IMG/VR virus record: IMGVR_UViG_3300014501_000018
Coordinates: 1-62,596 of that record
Source of the DNA: a virus
Lineage: Duplodnaviria > Caudoviricetes
DNA: 62,596 nt
Reading direction: 5' to 3' (one strand)
Shown in pieces: positions 48,423 to 57,655 of this stretch (positions within the stretch are counted from its first letter, which is position 1; every line of letters starts with the position of its first letter). The notes beneath the pieces are model-generated. The model was not told the origin of the DNA, did no database searches, and was given only the letters and a program-made list of their open reading frames with translations. The position numbers and the translations under genes were made by a program.

Positions 48423-48640
48423 TGCTCGACCCCCATTTTCCAACCTGCATAAGCCGGATATCGCTTATCCGACTGGAACTCACGACCACGATCGAACCAG
48501 CTTAGCGGATTATCCTGCGCTAAATGAAATGCGCCGCGGCTTCTGACATCCTTCCAAGTGCCTGACGCTGCCCAGCCGCACTTGCACGTCGCAACGTGGT
48601 TGCGCGCGTCGGTGCCCTTCCTATAACTCGTCTCGTGCAT
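48419..48640 (-). CDS. Small zinc-binding hypothetical protein
   Basis: H..CKCGW...H. Confidence 0.6.
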   Translation of the reverse strand: MHETSYRKGTDARNHVATCKCGWAASGTWKDVRSRGAFHLAQDNPLSWFDRGREFQSDKRYPAYAGWKMGVEQ

Positions 48641-48651
48641 GGCCTACCCTT

Positions 48652-48691
48652 TGTAGTCACCATCACTACACCTTGGTTTTGGCGCCGTCAA
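48652..48691 (-). promoter_or_regulatory. Promoter with palindromic operator TGTAGT-N7-ACTACA
   Basis: TTGACG-17-TAGTGA; palindrome at 48652-48670. Confidence 0.65.
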
Positions 48692-49655
48692 GCGTCTTTT
48701 CGAGGTGCTGGGCCACCCGCAATATCCCCTGTTCCAACCAGATTTTTGGCTCGTACATATTGAAGAACTTATACTGATCGGCCACGCGTCGGAACACACC
48801 CTCGGGCTTGGTGGTGTCGGCGACGATCTTGGCCGGGCGCCCGAGGATCTTGCAAGCCAGTTTCGCCAGCTCCTTGAACGAGACGCCGCGGCCGGTGCCG
48901 AGATTGAGCACTTCGCCAGGTGCTAAGCGATCCATCGTAGACAGCACGCCTTCTACAACGTCGTCGATATGAATGAAATCGCGTTGCTGATCGCCCGAGC
49001 CCCAGACAGTCACCGGGTTTTCTTCCTGCAGGATGCGGCGAATGATGCTTGGGAACGGGTAGGTAAAATCCTGGTCCTCGCCGTAGCCACCAAACGGCCT
49101 ATAGACCTTGACATCGAGTCCGTACTTTTCTGCGGCGCTCTTGGCTAGATACTCGCCTGATAATTTGGCCCACCCGTATGTTGAATCGGGACGGCCGATG
49201 CGAAGCGTGTCGAACGTAACCAGCGACTCACCAAGATCGCAATTGCGGTGCTCAGTTTGCAATTCGATCGGGTAGACCGCCGAGGATGAAAAATAAATCA
49301 GCTTTGGCAGTTTTTTACCCCGCACGATCCAATTGAACATGGACGCGTCAATTGCGAGATCGGTCGCGACTGCCAGCGGATCGCCGTCGATCTTTAGCCG
49401 GCCACCAACGATGGCGGCACAGTGAATGACGAGATCGAACTGGTCCGGGGTGTTGGCTTCGAAATAATTACGCACGTCGCCGATACAGTGCTCGAACGCA
49501 TAGAGTTTCTTTGGCGGAAATGCCCAGTCCTCGCGCAGCGCGCTCCCTTGAGCGCAAAGATTATCAACGATGGCGACGCGATACCCGTCGTCAACCAACC
49601 GGCGCGTGAAAGCGCGACCTACAAATCCGGCGCCGCCCGTGATCAAGACCCGCAT
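48666..49655 (-). CDS. NAD-dependent nucleotide-sugar epimerase/dehydratase (extended SDR)
   Basis: TGGAGFVG, SSSAVY, YGWAK, RDFIHIDD. Confidence 0.92.
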   Translation of the reverse strand: MRVLITGGAGFVGRAFTRRLVDDGYRVAIVDNLCAQGSALREDWAFPPKKLYAFEHCIGDVRNYFEANTPDQFDLVIHCAAIVGGRLKIDGDPLAVATDLAIDASMFNWIVRGKKLPKLIYFSSSAVYPIELQTEHRNCDLGESLVTFDTLRIGRPDSTYGWAKLSGEYLAKSAAEKYGLDVKVYRPFGGYGEDQDFTYPFPSIIRRILQEENPVTVWGSGDQQRDFIHIDDVVEGVLSTMDRLAPGEVLNLGTGRGVSFKELAKLACKILGRPAKIVADTTKPEGVFRRVADQYKFFNMYEPKIWLEQGILRVAQHLEKTLDGAKTKV

Positions 49656-49838
49656 TCATTTCTCCAACTGGCACAGCAGCCGCATTCGCTCCGGCTCGAA
49701 CTTGGGCCAGAAGCGCAAGGTGCCGGCTTTGGTCACGCAGAAGTAGGTCGGCATCGTGCGTCCGGACGCACTGGTGGACTCCAACTGGTCCATTTCTTTT
49801 TCTTTGATCCAGATGATCTCGTGGAAGGGGCCAGTCAT
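49656..49838 (-). CDS. Small hypothetical protein
   Basis: Coupled ORF. Confidence 0.5.
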   Translation of the reverse strand: MTGPFHEIIWIKEKEMDQLESTSASGRTMPTYFCVTKAGTLRFWPKFEPERMRLLCQLEK

Positions 49839-50263
49839 CAGAAAATATTCCAGTTACCTAGATCGGCGGGGAGATCGGCAGCCAAGCAGTCAATCTTCAA
49901 ATCAGTGCGCTGATCCATTTGTTTTGACAGCACGTTCTTTGCCGTGTTCCTCACACCGTTGATAGCGTGCGTCCAACGAAGTCGATCAATCCCGCCACCA
50001 TCATCCCTCGCCTGCGCCTCATTTTCCCAGATATATCTGTTGGTCAGCATGATGGCGAGAACGGCGCGAATAGATTTACCGGATAGACCGCCGCCAGCAC
50101 CATTCGCTTTATCCAACAATATTGTATCGAGATCGCATTCGATCAGGACCATTTCCTCCCGGTACGCATCCCGGTTCTCCGGAATGAATATCGATTTCAT
50201 CAACGTGATCGAAAGACGATCAACCAGCTCAGCAAACGTTGGGAGATACTTACGCTCGGTCAT
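49838..50263 (-). CDS. DUF6165-like helical protein
   Basis: ELVDRLSI...K, N..IW..E...R, N..R...K pattern. Confidence 0.55.
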   Translation of the reverse strand: MTERKYLPTFAELVDRLSITLMKSIFIPENRDAYREEMVLIECDLDTILLDKANGAGGGLSGKSIRAVLAIMLTNRYIWENEAQARDDGGGIDRLRWTHAINGVRNTAKNVLSKQMDQRTDLKIDCLAADLPADLGNWNIF

Positions 50264-51549
50264 ACCGGGGGAAGGCTCCAATAATCGAACCTAACGTTCG
50301 GCAACCAAGGCTGCGGCTCGCGAGTTTTTAGTCCCATAAAACAGATGCCCGGCGACAACGCCGTCAGCCTGACGTTCCGGTAGCCCGCCGAGGCGGGGAC
50401 CGATAGCTGCAAGAAATTACCCTGGCCCTCGGCGGGCAAATGGGGCTCGGCGTTGTAGCCCGATTGCTCGTCCTCGATCCTCACCTTGCCGCCGTGCTCG
50501 CCACCACTAACGATGAAATCGCAAGGGCCGGAGATAGAGACGTTGAGTACGCAGGGACCGTCATGCAAGGTGAATCCTTCCGGGCCGTGATCCTTGAACC
50601 CTGCACCCGCCTTCCAACAGAAAGGGCCGAAAGGTAAAAAATCACGGATGCGCCAATCGCCCGTGTAGGCGCCGCCGATCTGAGGAATTTGGTGCGGAAA
50701 AATGATGTGGCTTTGGCCGTCAAAAAAGAATGGGTGATGGATGCCAGGCTTCAGTTCGCCGCGTCGGATGCGTTTTAGATTATTTCGGTATAAATCAAAC
50801 TGAGTTGCATTCACTCGAATGCCGCCACCAGGATTCCCGTCAGCATACTTCAACCCGAGCGGGCCAATATCCTGATCCAACATTTCGGCACAGTTAGGCG
50901 TTAGCGCCAACGAAGCAAGACCGTGGGACGCCAGCACCTTGTCGAAGCCCCAGTCAGCCACGAGGAATTGTTGCTCGCCCTTGAAGGCCCAATATTTTGC
51001 GATATCGATTCCGGAAAGCTGAGCGAACACCAATCGGTTCTCGGTGGTCCAGGTGGTGCGATAGTTTTGCAGCACGAGTTCAGCGGCCTTGCGGGTGAAC
51101 ATGATCTGACCCGCGCCCAAATTATGGCAGACAGCGTAGCCATCTCTCTGAATAAGAATGCGATCTTCGTAGCACCGCGCGGACACCGCCCCCACTTCGA
51201 GCCCGTCCTGCTTGCCGCGCTCGAACAAAGCCATCATGTCGTCGAACCAATTGTCGTGGAGAAGTACGTCGTTCTCGACGAGGCCGATGTAATCGTAGCG
51301 CGTCCCATCGCCGATCCCGATCTTCAGAAGCGTGGTTAGCGCATACACAATCGCTGGGCCAGAGCCGCCAAGAATTTGCGGGTGGAACTGGCGGAAATTG
51401 TACTGGCCAGGTAGCTGCTGACCTTCCTTGGTTTTCGATCCGTCTATCCAGTGCAAGTCAAACTTGTCGGGTTGCAACAGCGGTTCGATCGAGCGCTTGG
51501 TTAGCTCGGTGCGATCACACGAGTTGAAGGCTATGGCGACGCGGTTCAT
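50260..51549 (-). CDS. GT-A fold (GT2-like) glycosyltransferase with a C-terminal beta domain
   Basis: AFNSCDR...IDGS...YIGLVENDVLL..W (DxD-like END). Confidence 0.7.
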   Translation of the reverse strand: MNRVAIAFNSCDRTELTKRSIEPLLQPDKFDLHWIDGSKTKEGQQLPGQYNFRQFHPQILGGSGPAIVYALTTLLKIGIGDGTRYDYIGLVENDVLLHDNWFDDMMALFERGKQDGLEVGAVSARCYEDRILIQRDGYAVCHNLGAGQIMFTRKAAELVLQNYRTTWTTENRLVFAQLSGIDIAKYWAFKGEQQFLVADWGFDKVLASHGLASLALTPNCAEMLDQDIGPLGLKYADGNPGGGIRVNATQFDLYRNNLKRIRRGELKPGIHHPFFFDGQSHIIFPHQIPQIGGAYTGDWRIRDFLPFGPFCWKAGAGFKDHGPEGFTLHDGPCVLNVSISGPCDFIVSGGEHGGKVRIEDEQSGYNAEPHLPAEGQGNFLQLSVPASAGYRNVRLTALSPGICFMGLKTREPQPWLPNVRFDYWSLPPV

Positions 51550-52025
51550 GGCCGCTTCTCTTTGGCAGGAGGCGGCAGCAAGGGCTGCATTTTGCCGCTG
51601 GCGTACATTGCCGCGATGTTAGGTTTAATATGCTTCCCCACAGTCATCCCGTCCGGCATGACAATGTGAGCCAAAAACTCATCCTCAAAAGTCGTGATGC
51701 CGGTTTCGACCGCTTCAAGTTTGGCCTTGATCACCAAGGCAAGTGCACGCCATCGTTGCCGACACGCCTGTTCCCAAGCAGCGTAAAACGAATCTGGATT
51801 TCGTTTTTCTCGGCCGGTCGGTGTGCGTTTAAACGCCTCATCCGTCTGCTCGGGAAGTGGCAATTCAAACACGACGCGTCGATCTTGAGCTTCAAACATA
51901 ATCAATGCTCGACCTGGGGCATTCATGAATGCTGTGCTGGTAGCACCGTATCGCGTAATTAGCTTCTCGATCTCAGCGCGAGATCGTTCCGTGGATACTT
52001 CCGTTGAAGCTGCGTATCGAGTCAC
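51546..52025 (-). CDS. Conserved-type phage hypothetical protein
   Basis: YA..T.V...RS..EIE...RQRWR.L...IKAKLEAV..GI..FE.EFLA. Confidence 0.7.
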   Translation of the reverse strand: MTRYAASTEVSTERSRAEIEKLITRYGATSTAFMNAPGRALIMFEAQDRRVVFELPLPEQTDEAFKRTPTGREKRNPDSFYAAWEQACRQRWRALALVIKAKLEAVETGITTFEDEFLAHIVMPDGMTVGKHIKPNIAAMYASGKMQPLLPPPAKEKRP

Positions 52026-53053
52026 AGAACTTTCTCACAGTCACGATACCAAGCCATCGCCGCTTCCTTGAAATCGTCCGAGAAGATGGGGCAGTTGGCC
52101 ATCAGAAAACGACAATCATTAATGGCGGTGTAGCCAATGCCCGGAAGCTCTTTCTCGGTGACATATTTTGTAAAAGCATCGATGTGCTCCAGCCCAAACA
52201 TCTCAGCCTTGAGATCCTTGAACAACGGGCGCGGCTGGCGCGCATGGAACCCCATCGGCGGACCAAAATACGTATAAAGGTTCCGCTCAGCCATGACGCG
52301 GCGCATCAGCATGGATGCAAAAATATCGGTGTTTCGGCCCTGGTGATTGTAGAACTGCGCGAACGCCGGAGCCAGTTCGCGGCGGAACGCAGTCAACTGG
52401 CTGTTGAAAACAGAATAGGCTTGAGGGTGCACCACGAAGCCGTTGCGCAGCACGTCAGTCACACCGTAGACGATCGGCTTGCGCTCGATCGCGGTGATGG
52501 CGCCGGTATCCGGTACGCCTAAAATTATACCCTGCGCCGCGCCAATTTTTACATCGGTCACGAACGAGTAGCCGCCGATCATTCCCTCGCCGGCCGGGAG
52601 GCCACGCTGGGCAGCGATTGGGTTGGTCAGTAGCCCGGCATCGAACCACTGGTTTGGTGAGCCGAGTTGGAGACCGTCGAAATTGTCATAAAACGCGTGC
52701 GCAAAACCGAACAGATTTTCAGAGTAGTTAGCAACCACTGGAGCTGGGGTCATCCCCATATCATCATCAATGCTGATAATCAGTTCCGCGCCCCACTTCA
52801 AAGCTTTAAGCAAAGCAATGTTGCGCCTTGAGTCGGTGTTCCAACCAAGCAACTCCGAGCACTCGTAGCCGAGATCCTTCTGGCGCTCGGGCGAGTAAAT
52901 CTCGCAATCGGGAATGTCCGCGCAAAAGCTGTACGCCTCAAGCGGCGTCTTGTGATCGGCAGCGACAAAAAATTTTACCGAAGGGTCGAGCTTGCGATAC
53001 AGCTTCAAGACCGTAGGTACGTTGATCGATGTCGTGATTAACGCTGTTCTCAT
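52022..53053 (-). CDS. GT75-related (RGP/STELLO-like) protein
   Basis: ITTSIN.P, AADHKTP, RRNIALL.A...GA..I..IDDD, NSQ.T. Confidence 0.75.
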   Translation of the reverse strand: MRTALITTSINVPTVLKLYRKLDPSVKFFVAADHKTPLEAYSFCADIPDCEIYSPERQKDLGYECSELLGWNTDSRRNIALLKALKWGAELIISIDDDMGMTPAPVVANYSENLFGFAHAFYDNFDGLQLGSPNQWFDAGLLTNPIAAQRGLPAGEGMIGGYSFVTDVKIGAAQGIILGVPDTGAITAIERKPIVYGVTDVLRNGFVVHPQAYSVFNSQLTAFRRELAPAFAQFYNHQGRNTDIFASMLMRRVMAERNLYTYFGPPMGFHARQPRPLFKDLKAEMFGLEHIDAFTKYVTEKELPGIGYTAINDCRFLMANCPIFSDDFKEAAMAWYRDCEKVL

Positions 53054-54021
53054 TTGAACGGATTATCTTTGATGAAGGGAGCCCAAAAAATCTTGAACCC
53101 GCGTTTATGTAAAAATCCAGAAACACGCGCCGCAGTTAGCAAACCATTGTTTGCAAGCGCTTCTGACAAAGCCTCTCCTAACGCCTCTAGCTCCGTCAAG
53201 GGTTCCGGCTCGGCAAATTCCAACAACCCTAGCCGTTCCAATACATCAACGATCTGGGAACAATCCACCCACACCCGCCCCGACCCAGTATCGCAAGTAC
53301 CTATCATTGTACTCTTGACCATCGCGTAAGCTTCTTTTTTGGTAAAAGCTTTTTTCATTTTTTGACCAACTTGAAGCCGTGTCTGCGCAAGGCACCTATA
53401 ATTGTTGCCGCATCCATGAAACGCTTGGCCATATCGTAATTCTCGTAGTTCCTATATATTGGAAGTACCTCCGCAATCACTTCGCGGCTACCCTCGGGAA
53501 AATCCTCATCTTTAGGAAGCGCGTACTTCATTCGGAAAAATCCACATGCTCGCCTTGTCCTGGCAACGGCCAAACGCGCTTTTTTGAATCAAAATAACGA
53601 GGAAAACCAATAAGACCCTGATGTTTCTCGTCACTTAACAAGTCATCCATTGTTTCCTCGGTGACTTGCATCAATTCCATCTTTTTGCCGGCCGGCGTGC
53701 TCCAGTTGGCTTTCATTTCTTCTTGTCCTGTTGCTTGCGCCACGCAATCCACTTCTCAATTATGTCGTCGACCAGCCACATCAGCGAACAGCCTTGCGCT
53801 TGCGCGCACTTGCGCAAAAACTCCTTCGACCCTGGTTTCATCCGGATCGATGTGGGCAGATCGTGCTTGAGCATTGCTGCTTATTGCGGCGCCGTTACAA
53901 ACTCAAAAAATGATTTTGCAACTTCCAAAATTTTAGCTTTATCCCAACCATGAATCTTGGCGAGCATAGCTGCTTCCTGTAAACAAGAAAGCCGAAAAGA
54001 TGCTGACTGACTAATGTTCAT
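53050..54021 (-). other. Run of small hypothetical genes
   Basis: Tiled short ORFs (53050-53358, ~53355-53531, 53528-53752, 53881-54021). Confidence 0.5.
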
Positions 54022-54043
54022 TGGAAACTCCCTGAGGTAAAGC

Positions 54044-54101
54044 GCCGGCCCCGAGCAGGAGGGGTGAGGGGCTGGGGGGTTTAAACCTGCCCAGGACCGG
54101 C
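54044..54101 (-). ncRNA. Candidate structured leader/sRNA: 16-bp stem with a 26-nt C-rich loop
   Basis: Stem is fully paired on the minus strand with three G-U pairs. Confidence 0.5.
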
Positions 54102-54104
54102 ATG

Positions 54105-54136
54105 AGTAGTGGAACACACTACGTTACAGGTGTCAA
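54105..54136 (-). promoter_or_regulatory. TTGACA promoter with GTAGT-N7-ACTAC operator
   Basis: Palindrome at 54106-54122; -35 at 54131-54136. Confidence 0.55.
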
Positions 54137-54582
54137 GGCGGAACGGGAACACTCTGTTTACGCGCTACGGCGTTATTGTCGATGATGATCAGCGCCGCGG
54201 CGATCTGACGATTGATGTCAGTAATCTGAGCCTGGATCAGATCGATGCGCTTGTCGGTCGCCACGATGACAGCTTGGAAAGTGCGATCCTCGACGGGATC
54301 GTGCGCCAGTCTGGAAAATGTATCAGTCTGCTGTTTTTCCAGGGTTGTCACCCGCGCACTCAACCCCTCCAAGTGCAACTGGATACCGTCGAGATAGGCT
54401 TTGTGCTCAGCCTTCGTCAGATATTTATCGAAGGATTGCCGGTCATAAGTTTCGGTTTTTTCGACGTTGGCGAATTGGGTTTGCGCCACGATCCACTGCG
54501 CTGAATTCAGCAGCCCAACAATGATCACTGCGCCAACAATGGTCGTCCACGAAAGTTGTGGCTCACCTGCTCTCTGGTTCAT
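54133..54582 (-). CDS. Single-TM coiled-coil protein
   Basis: WTTIVGAVIIVGLL followed by heptads. Confidence 0.65.
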   Translation of the reverse strand: MNQRAGEPQLSWTTIVGAVIIVGLLNSAQWIVAQTQFANVEKTETYDRQSFDKYLTKAEHKAYLDGIQLHLEGLSARVTTLEKQQTDTFSRLAHDPVEDRTFQAVIVATDKRIDLIQAQITDINRQIAAALIIIDNNAVARKQSVPVPP

Positions 54583-54823
54583 CCGGGTTATCCCCCGCAC
54601 CAACTTTCATCGACAAGATTTTTGTTCGCACCGGCCCACAGCTCGGGCAGGTAAAATTCTGCAGCGCCAGATTTTGGTTGCTCGGATGTGGCTCAAACTC
54701 GAACAGCATGAGAACCTGCCTGTGGCAGCGCGGGCACGTATCCAAGACCCGATTACTAAAAACCATGATAGCTCCCCCAGCGCCGGGGATACTACCATGG
54801 TTTTTTGAACGTTTGGAACCGGC

Positions 54824-55375
54824 CTATTGGGCGGGGGTGCCGCCAACAAGATTGGGCACTTTCCAGCCCGGCTTCGGCTCGTCAGTGACGGGCACGATCG
54901 GCTCGTCAGTAACCGGCGGGGTAAGCTCGACCTTGGCCTCGGCTCGCCGATATGCCTTGGACCCGACGGCGCCCTCGACCGTGGTGACGCGCTCGTCCAG
55001 TTCCTTGATCTTCTTGGACTGATCCACAGGCGCATTCTCGACGGCGACGATGCGCTTGGCGTTCTCGTCGCGCGTGGACGCGAGACTCGCGATCGACTGG
55101 GTGTGATCGTTCTGGATCTTCTCAACTGCCCCAAGCCGCGACTTGGCTTCGAGCGTAAAATGCTCGGCATTCTTCAGCCGCTCGTTCTGCGCCACAACGA
55201 TGTCGATAAGTTGCAGCGTGGCCGGCTCGTCGAAATGCTCGGCCTTGAGCGCAGTAATGGCGTCGTCGAACTTGGTCATTTGCGTTTGTCCGTTTGGCCC
55301 GCGCTTTGCGGGCGGGTTATAGGTGTGGTCGTGGACAACGCTCGGAATCGTTATTCGTTCCAAAATTAGCGCCAC
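54824..55375 (-). CDS. Coiled-coil hypothetical protein
   Basis: R...VE heptad repeats; PVTDEP twice. Confidence 0.6.
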   Translation of the reverse strand: MALILERITIPSVVHDHTYNPPAKRGPNGQTQMTKFDDAITALKAEHFDEPATLQLIDIVVAQNERLKNAEHFTLEAKSRLGAVEKIQNDHTQSIASLASTRDENAKRIVAVENAPVDQSKKIKELDERVTTVEGAVGSKAYRRAEAKVELTPPVTDEPIVPVTDEPKPGWKVPNLVGGTPAQ

Positions 55376-55980
55376 TGGACCCAGGACGTGCTGACCGTCT
55401 GCGGCGCCGGCTGCTCGAACGCAAACGTGTAGCCATCCAGAAGCTTCAGCGCGTCCTTGCGCATCTCGATCTGGTCGGCCATCAGGCGCAACTGCGCTTC
55501 GAGCGGCGGCACTTGGCCGGCGAGCGAGAGTTTTAGCACATCAGGCTTGTCTGATTTTTGGCGGGTGAACCGCTTCTCGACGTTCTGCCACAGCTTGATG
55601 GTCTGCCGCAGTTTAACCTGCTGGTTCTCAGCTTGGAGAATGTCGGTGCGGAATTGCTTTCGCGCGATGTCGATGAGATTAACGGTTGTCGGGTCGGGAC
55701 CTTGGCCGTTGGCGAACATCTGCACCACCGTCACGAAGAACTGGACCAACAGATTTAGCGGAGCGTCGACCGGGCTCTGCTCGGGAATGTCGCCGGTTGC
55801 ATCGTATTTTTGACGGCGGATCGGATCGCTGAGTACGAGATAGGCGCGCGAGACTTTTGCAAATTGTTCGGCGGTGCCGCCCTTGTCGGGATGGGTCTCT
55901 TTTGCTTTCTTCTTGTAGGCGCGTTTGATCGTGGCTGGGTCCGCAGCTTTGTTTACTTCGAGAGTTTCGTAAAGGGTCAT
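55366..55980 (-). CDS. J-domain (DnaJ-like) protein
   Basis: LYETL....IKRAYKK.AK..HPDKGG...F..V..AY.VLSD...R..YD. Confidence 0.92.
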   Translation of the reverse strand: MTLYETLEVNKAADPATIKRAYKKKAKETHPDKGGTAEQFAKVSRAYLVLSDPIRRQKYDATGDIPEQSPVDAPLNLLVQFFVTVVQMFANGQGPDPTTVNLIDIARKQFRTDILQAENQQVKLRQTIKLWQNVEKRFTRQKSDKPDVLKLSLAGQVPPLEAQLRLMADQIEMRKDALKLLDGYTFAFEQPAPQTVSTSWVQWR

Positions 55981-56191
55981 TTTTGGTGCTCAATTATTTT
56001 TACCGAGCCGTTAACGAGGTAATGAAAGGAAACCGACTTGCGCTGCATATCTTGTAGCATCGCAGAACGTAGCGAAATGCCACCCTTAATCGGGAAGTGG
56101 TGTACAATCCAGCGCAGCCCGTCTTTATTTCGTTTGACGGGTTCCACCAGCGGCTCGTGCCAAATGTTAGCCAATTTTTGATAAAGGCTCA

Positions 56192-56437
56192 TTACGTCGG
56201 CATCCAAATTTCTTGCAACTGATTTTCTTCGTAATGAATAATGTTATCCCTGCCGGTGATCCACCAAATTCGACCTTGCCAATAAACCTTCTGGACTGAA
56301 ACAGTGATCGCGTCATCAACGCCCAGCAACACCGGCCCAAAAGATTTAACCGGCATCAACGAGGATGCGCGCACGATCGCTGGCGCCGTGGCCGTGAAGG
56401 CGATCAGGTTTTTGATGAATTGGCGGCGGGGGATCAT
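56192..56437 (-). CDS. Small protein with a twin-arginine-like signal
   Basis: MIPRRQFIKNLIAFTATAPAIVRA. Confidence 0.65.
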   Translation of the reverse strand: MIPRRQFIKNLIAFTATAPAIVRASSLMPVKSFGPVLLGVDDAITVSVQKVYWQGRIWWITGRDNIIHYEENQLQEIWMPT

Positions 56438-56875
56438 TTTACTTCGACCTTAAACGGGATTCCGTAGATGCAGCCTTCTTTGACCAGCTCGGTGCTCGGC
56501 AGACGCATTGTTAGTTTGTTGCACTCGTCGCGCAGGAAACAGCCGATTTGATCCGCGGTCATCAAGTCGGTTGTGAACGTCACGGTTATGGGTTTGGTGA
56601 TGTTGTTTGCTGCGAGCCAGTGGTGAAGTCTTGCGAAGGTTTCAAACATGTCTAGGCCACCCTGGAAGATTTTTGTAACAAACATTTCCGCAACGCTGAG
56701 GGTAGATCGAACCCGGCTTGTTAGCACGCGCTTCGATATCTGGTCGCGAGCACACAGCATAATAAGTCGACACCTCGCAGCCCGCGCGCGGCCCCGTGAC
56801 GAATTCCATTCTGGCCCCACAATGGTCGCAGACTGTGAAGCAAGCGGGATTTGAGTCGTTAAGCGGACGGCGCAT
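56434..56875 (-). other. Two small genes (56434-56649; Cys-rich 56642-56875)
   Basis: Tiled; the upstream one appears leaderless. Confidence 0.55.
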
Positions 56876-56881
56876 TCCAGC

Positions 56882-56916
56882 ACAGTAGCACGGCTCGTGT
56901 AGTTACAGCAACTACA
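56882..56916 (-). promoter_or_regulatory. Promoter with TGTAGT-N7-ACTACA operator
   Basis: TTGCTG-18-TACTGT with TG extension; palindrome at 56898-56916. Confidence 0.6.
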
Positions 56917-57261
56917 TTTTCGGCGGGATTTTTAGGGGAAAATTTTTCAGAATTCCTTGGGGGGCGGTGAGGTTGGGGTACCCGAGATTCAATTTGCCGC
57001 GGGGCCTTCGGGTCGAAAAATCGACCAAAAATGACGTGGCAGATCGTCGCACCGCTATCAGTTATCGACCTCGGTGGTGCAAGTCACCAGTAGTCGACCG
57101 GCGCTCGGTCTCGCGTAATGCCCTGATAAACCATGCGGATTCGGGGTTTACTTGCAGTCTTGTAAGATCGCAAGCGATTGAACGGCTTGGATTAGTCCAG
57201 ATCTAGCGAGACCATGCGACGCGAGGGGCAGCTCGCCTCGGTGCGCGCTATCTTGGCCGGC

Positions 57262-57582
57262 ATGAATGAGAACGAATCGACAGAGGGCAGTCCACAAAGG
57301 CACCCTGCCCCACTTCCGATTGATACTGCTATCCGAAGGCTTGTGCCAAGCGGTCGGCGCCGAGACGTGCTCGCCTTGTTTCAAAACCGCGTCACATGGG
57401 CTGCAATTGCTCACTGGCGCAAAGGTCGAGTGAAACCGCCACAATGGGCCGTCGATTGTTTGCGAGACTACATCGCGCCCGTGCTTGCCATCGAGGCCAA
57501 CACAAAGCCGAACGGCGCCGCTCTAATCGCGTGGCTCAAAGCACACGGCCGGTACCCTGCAAAAGAAAAAGCCGCCGGTTAG
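57262..57582 (+). CDS. Putative HTH protein (alternative start 57214)
   Basis: VTWAAIAHWRKGRVKPPQW resembles a recognition helix. Confidence 0.55.
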   Translation: MNENESTEGSPQRHPAPLPIDTAIRRLVPSGRRRDVLALFQNRVTWAAIAHWRKGRVKPPQWAVDCLRDYIAPVLAIEANTKPNGAALIAWLKAHGRYPAKEKAAG

Positions 57583-57655
57583 GGCGGCTTAGTCTCGCGA
57601 CGAATTGTGTGCCGCGTGCTATCTTGAAACGCGCTCGCCAGTAATCCCTAACAAC
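57561..57655 (-). ncRNA. Candidate ~90-nt sRNA with its own promoter and terminator
   Basis: TTGACT-17-TAGATA at 57660-57688, no ATG ORF, ends aagccgcc-ctaacc-ggcggctt-tttctttt. Confidence 0.55.
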
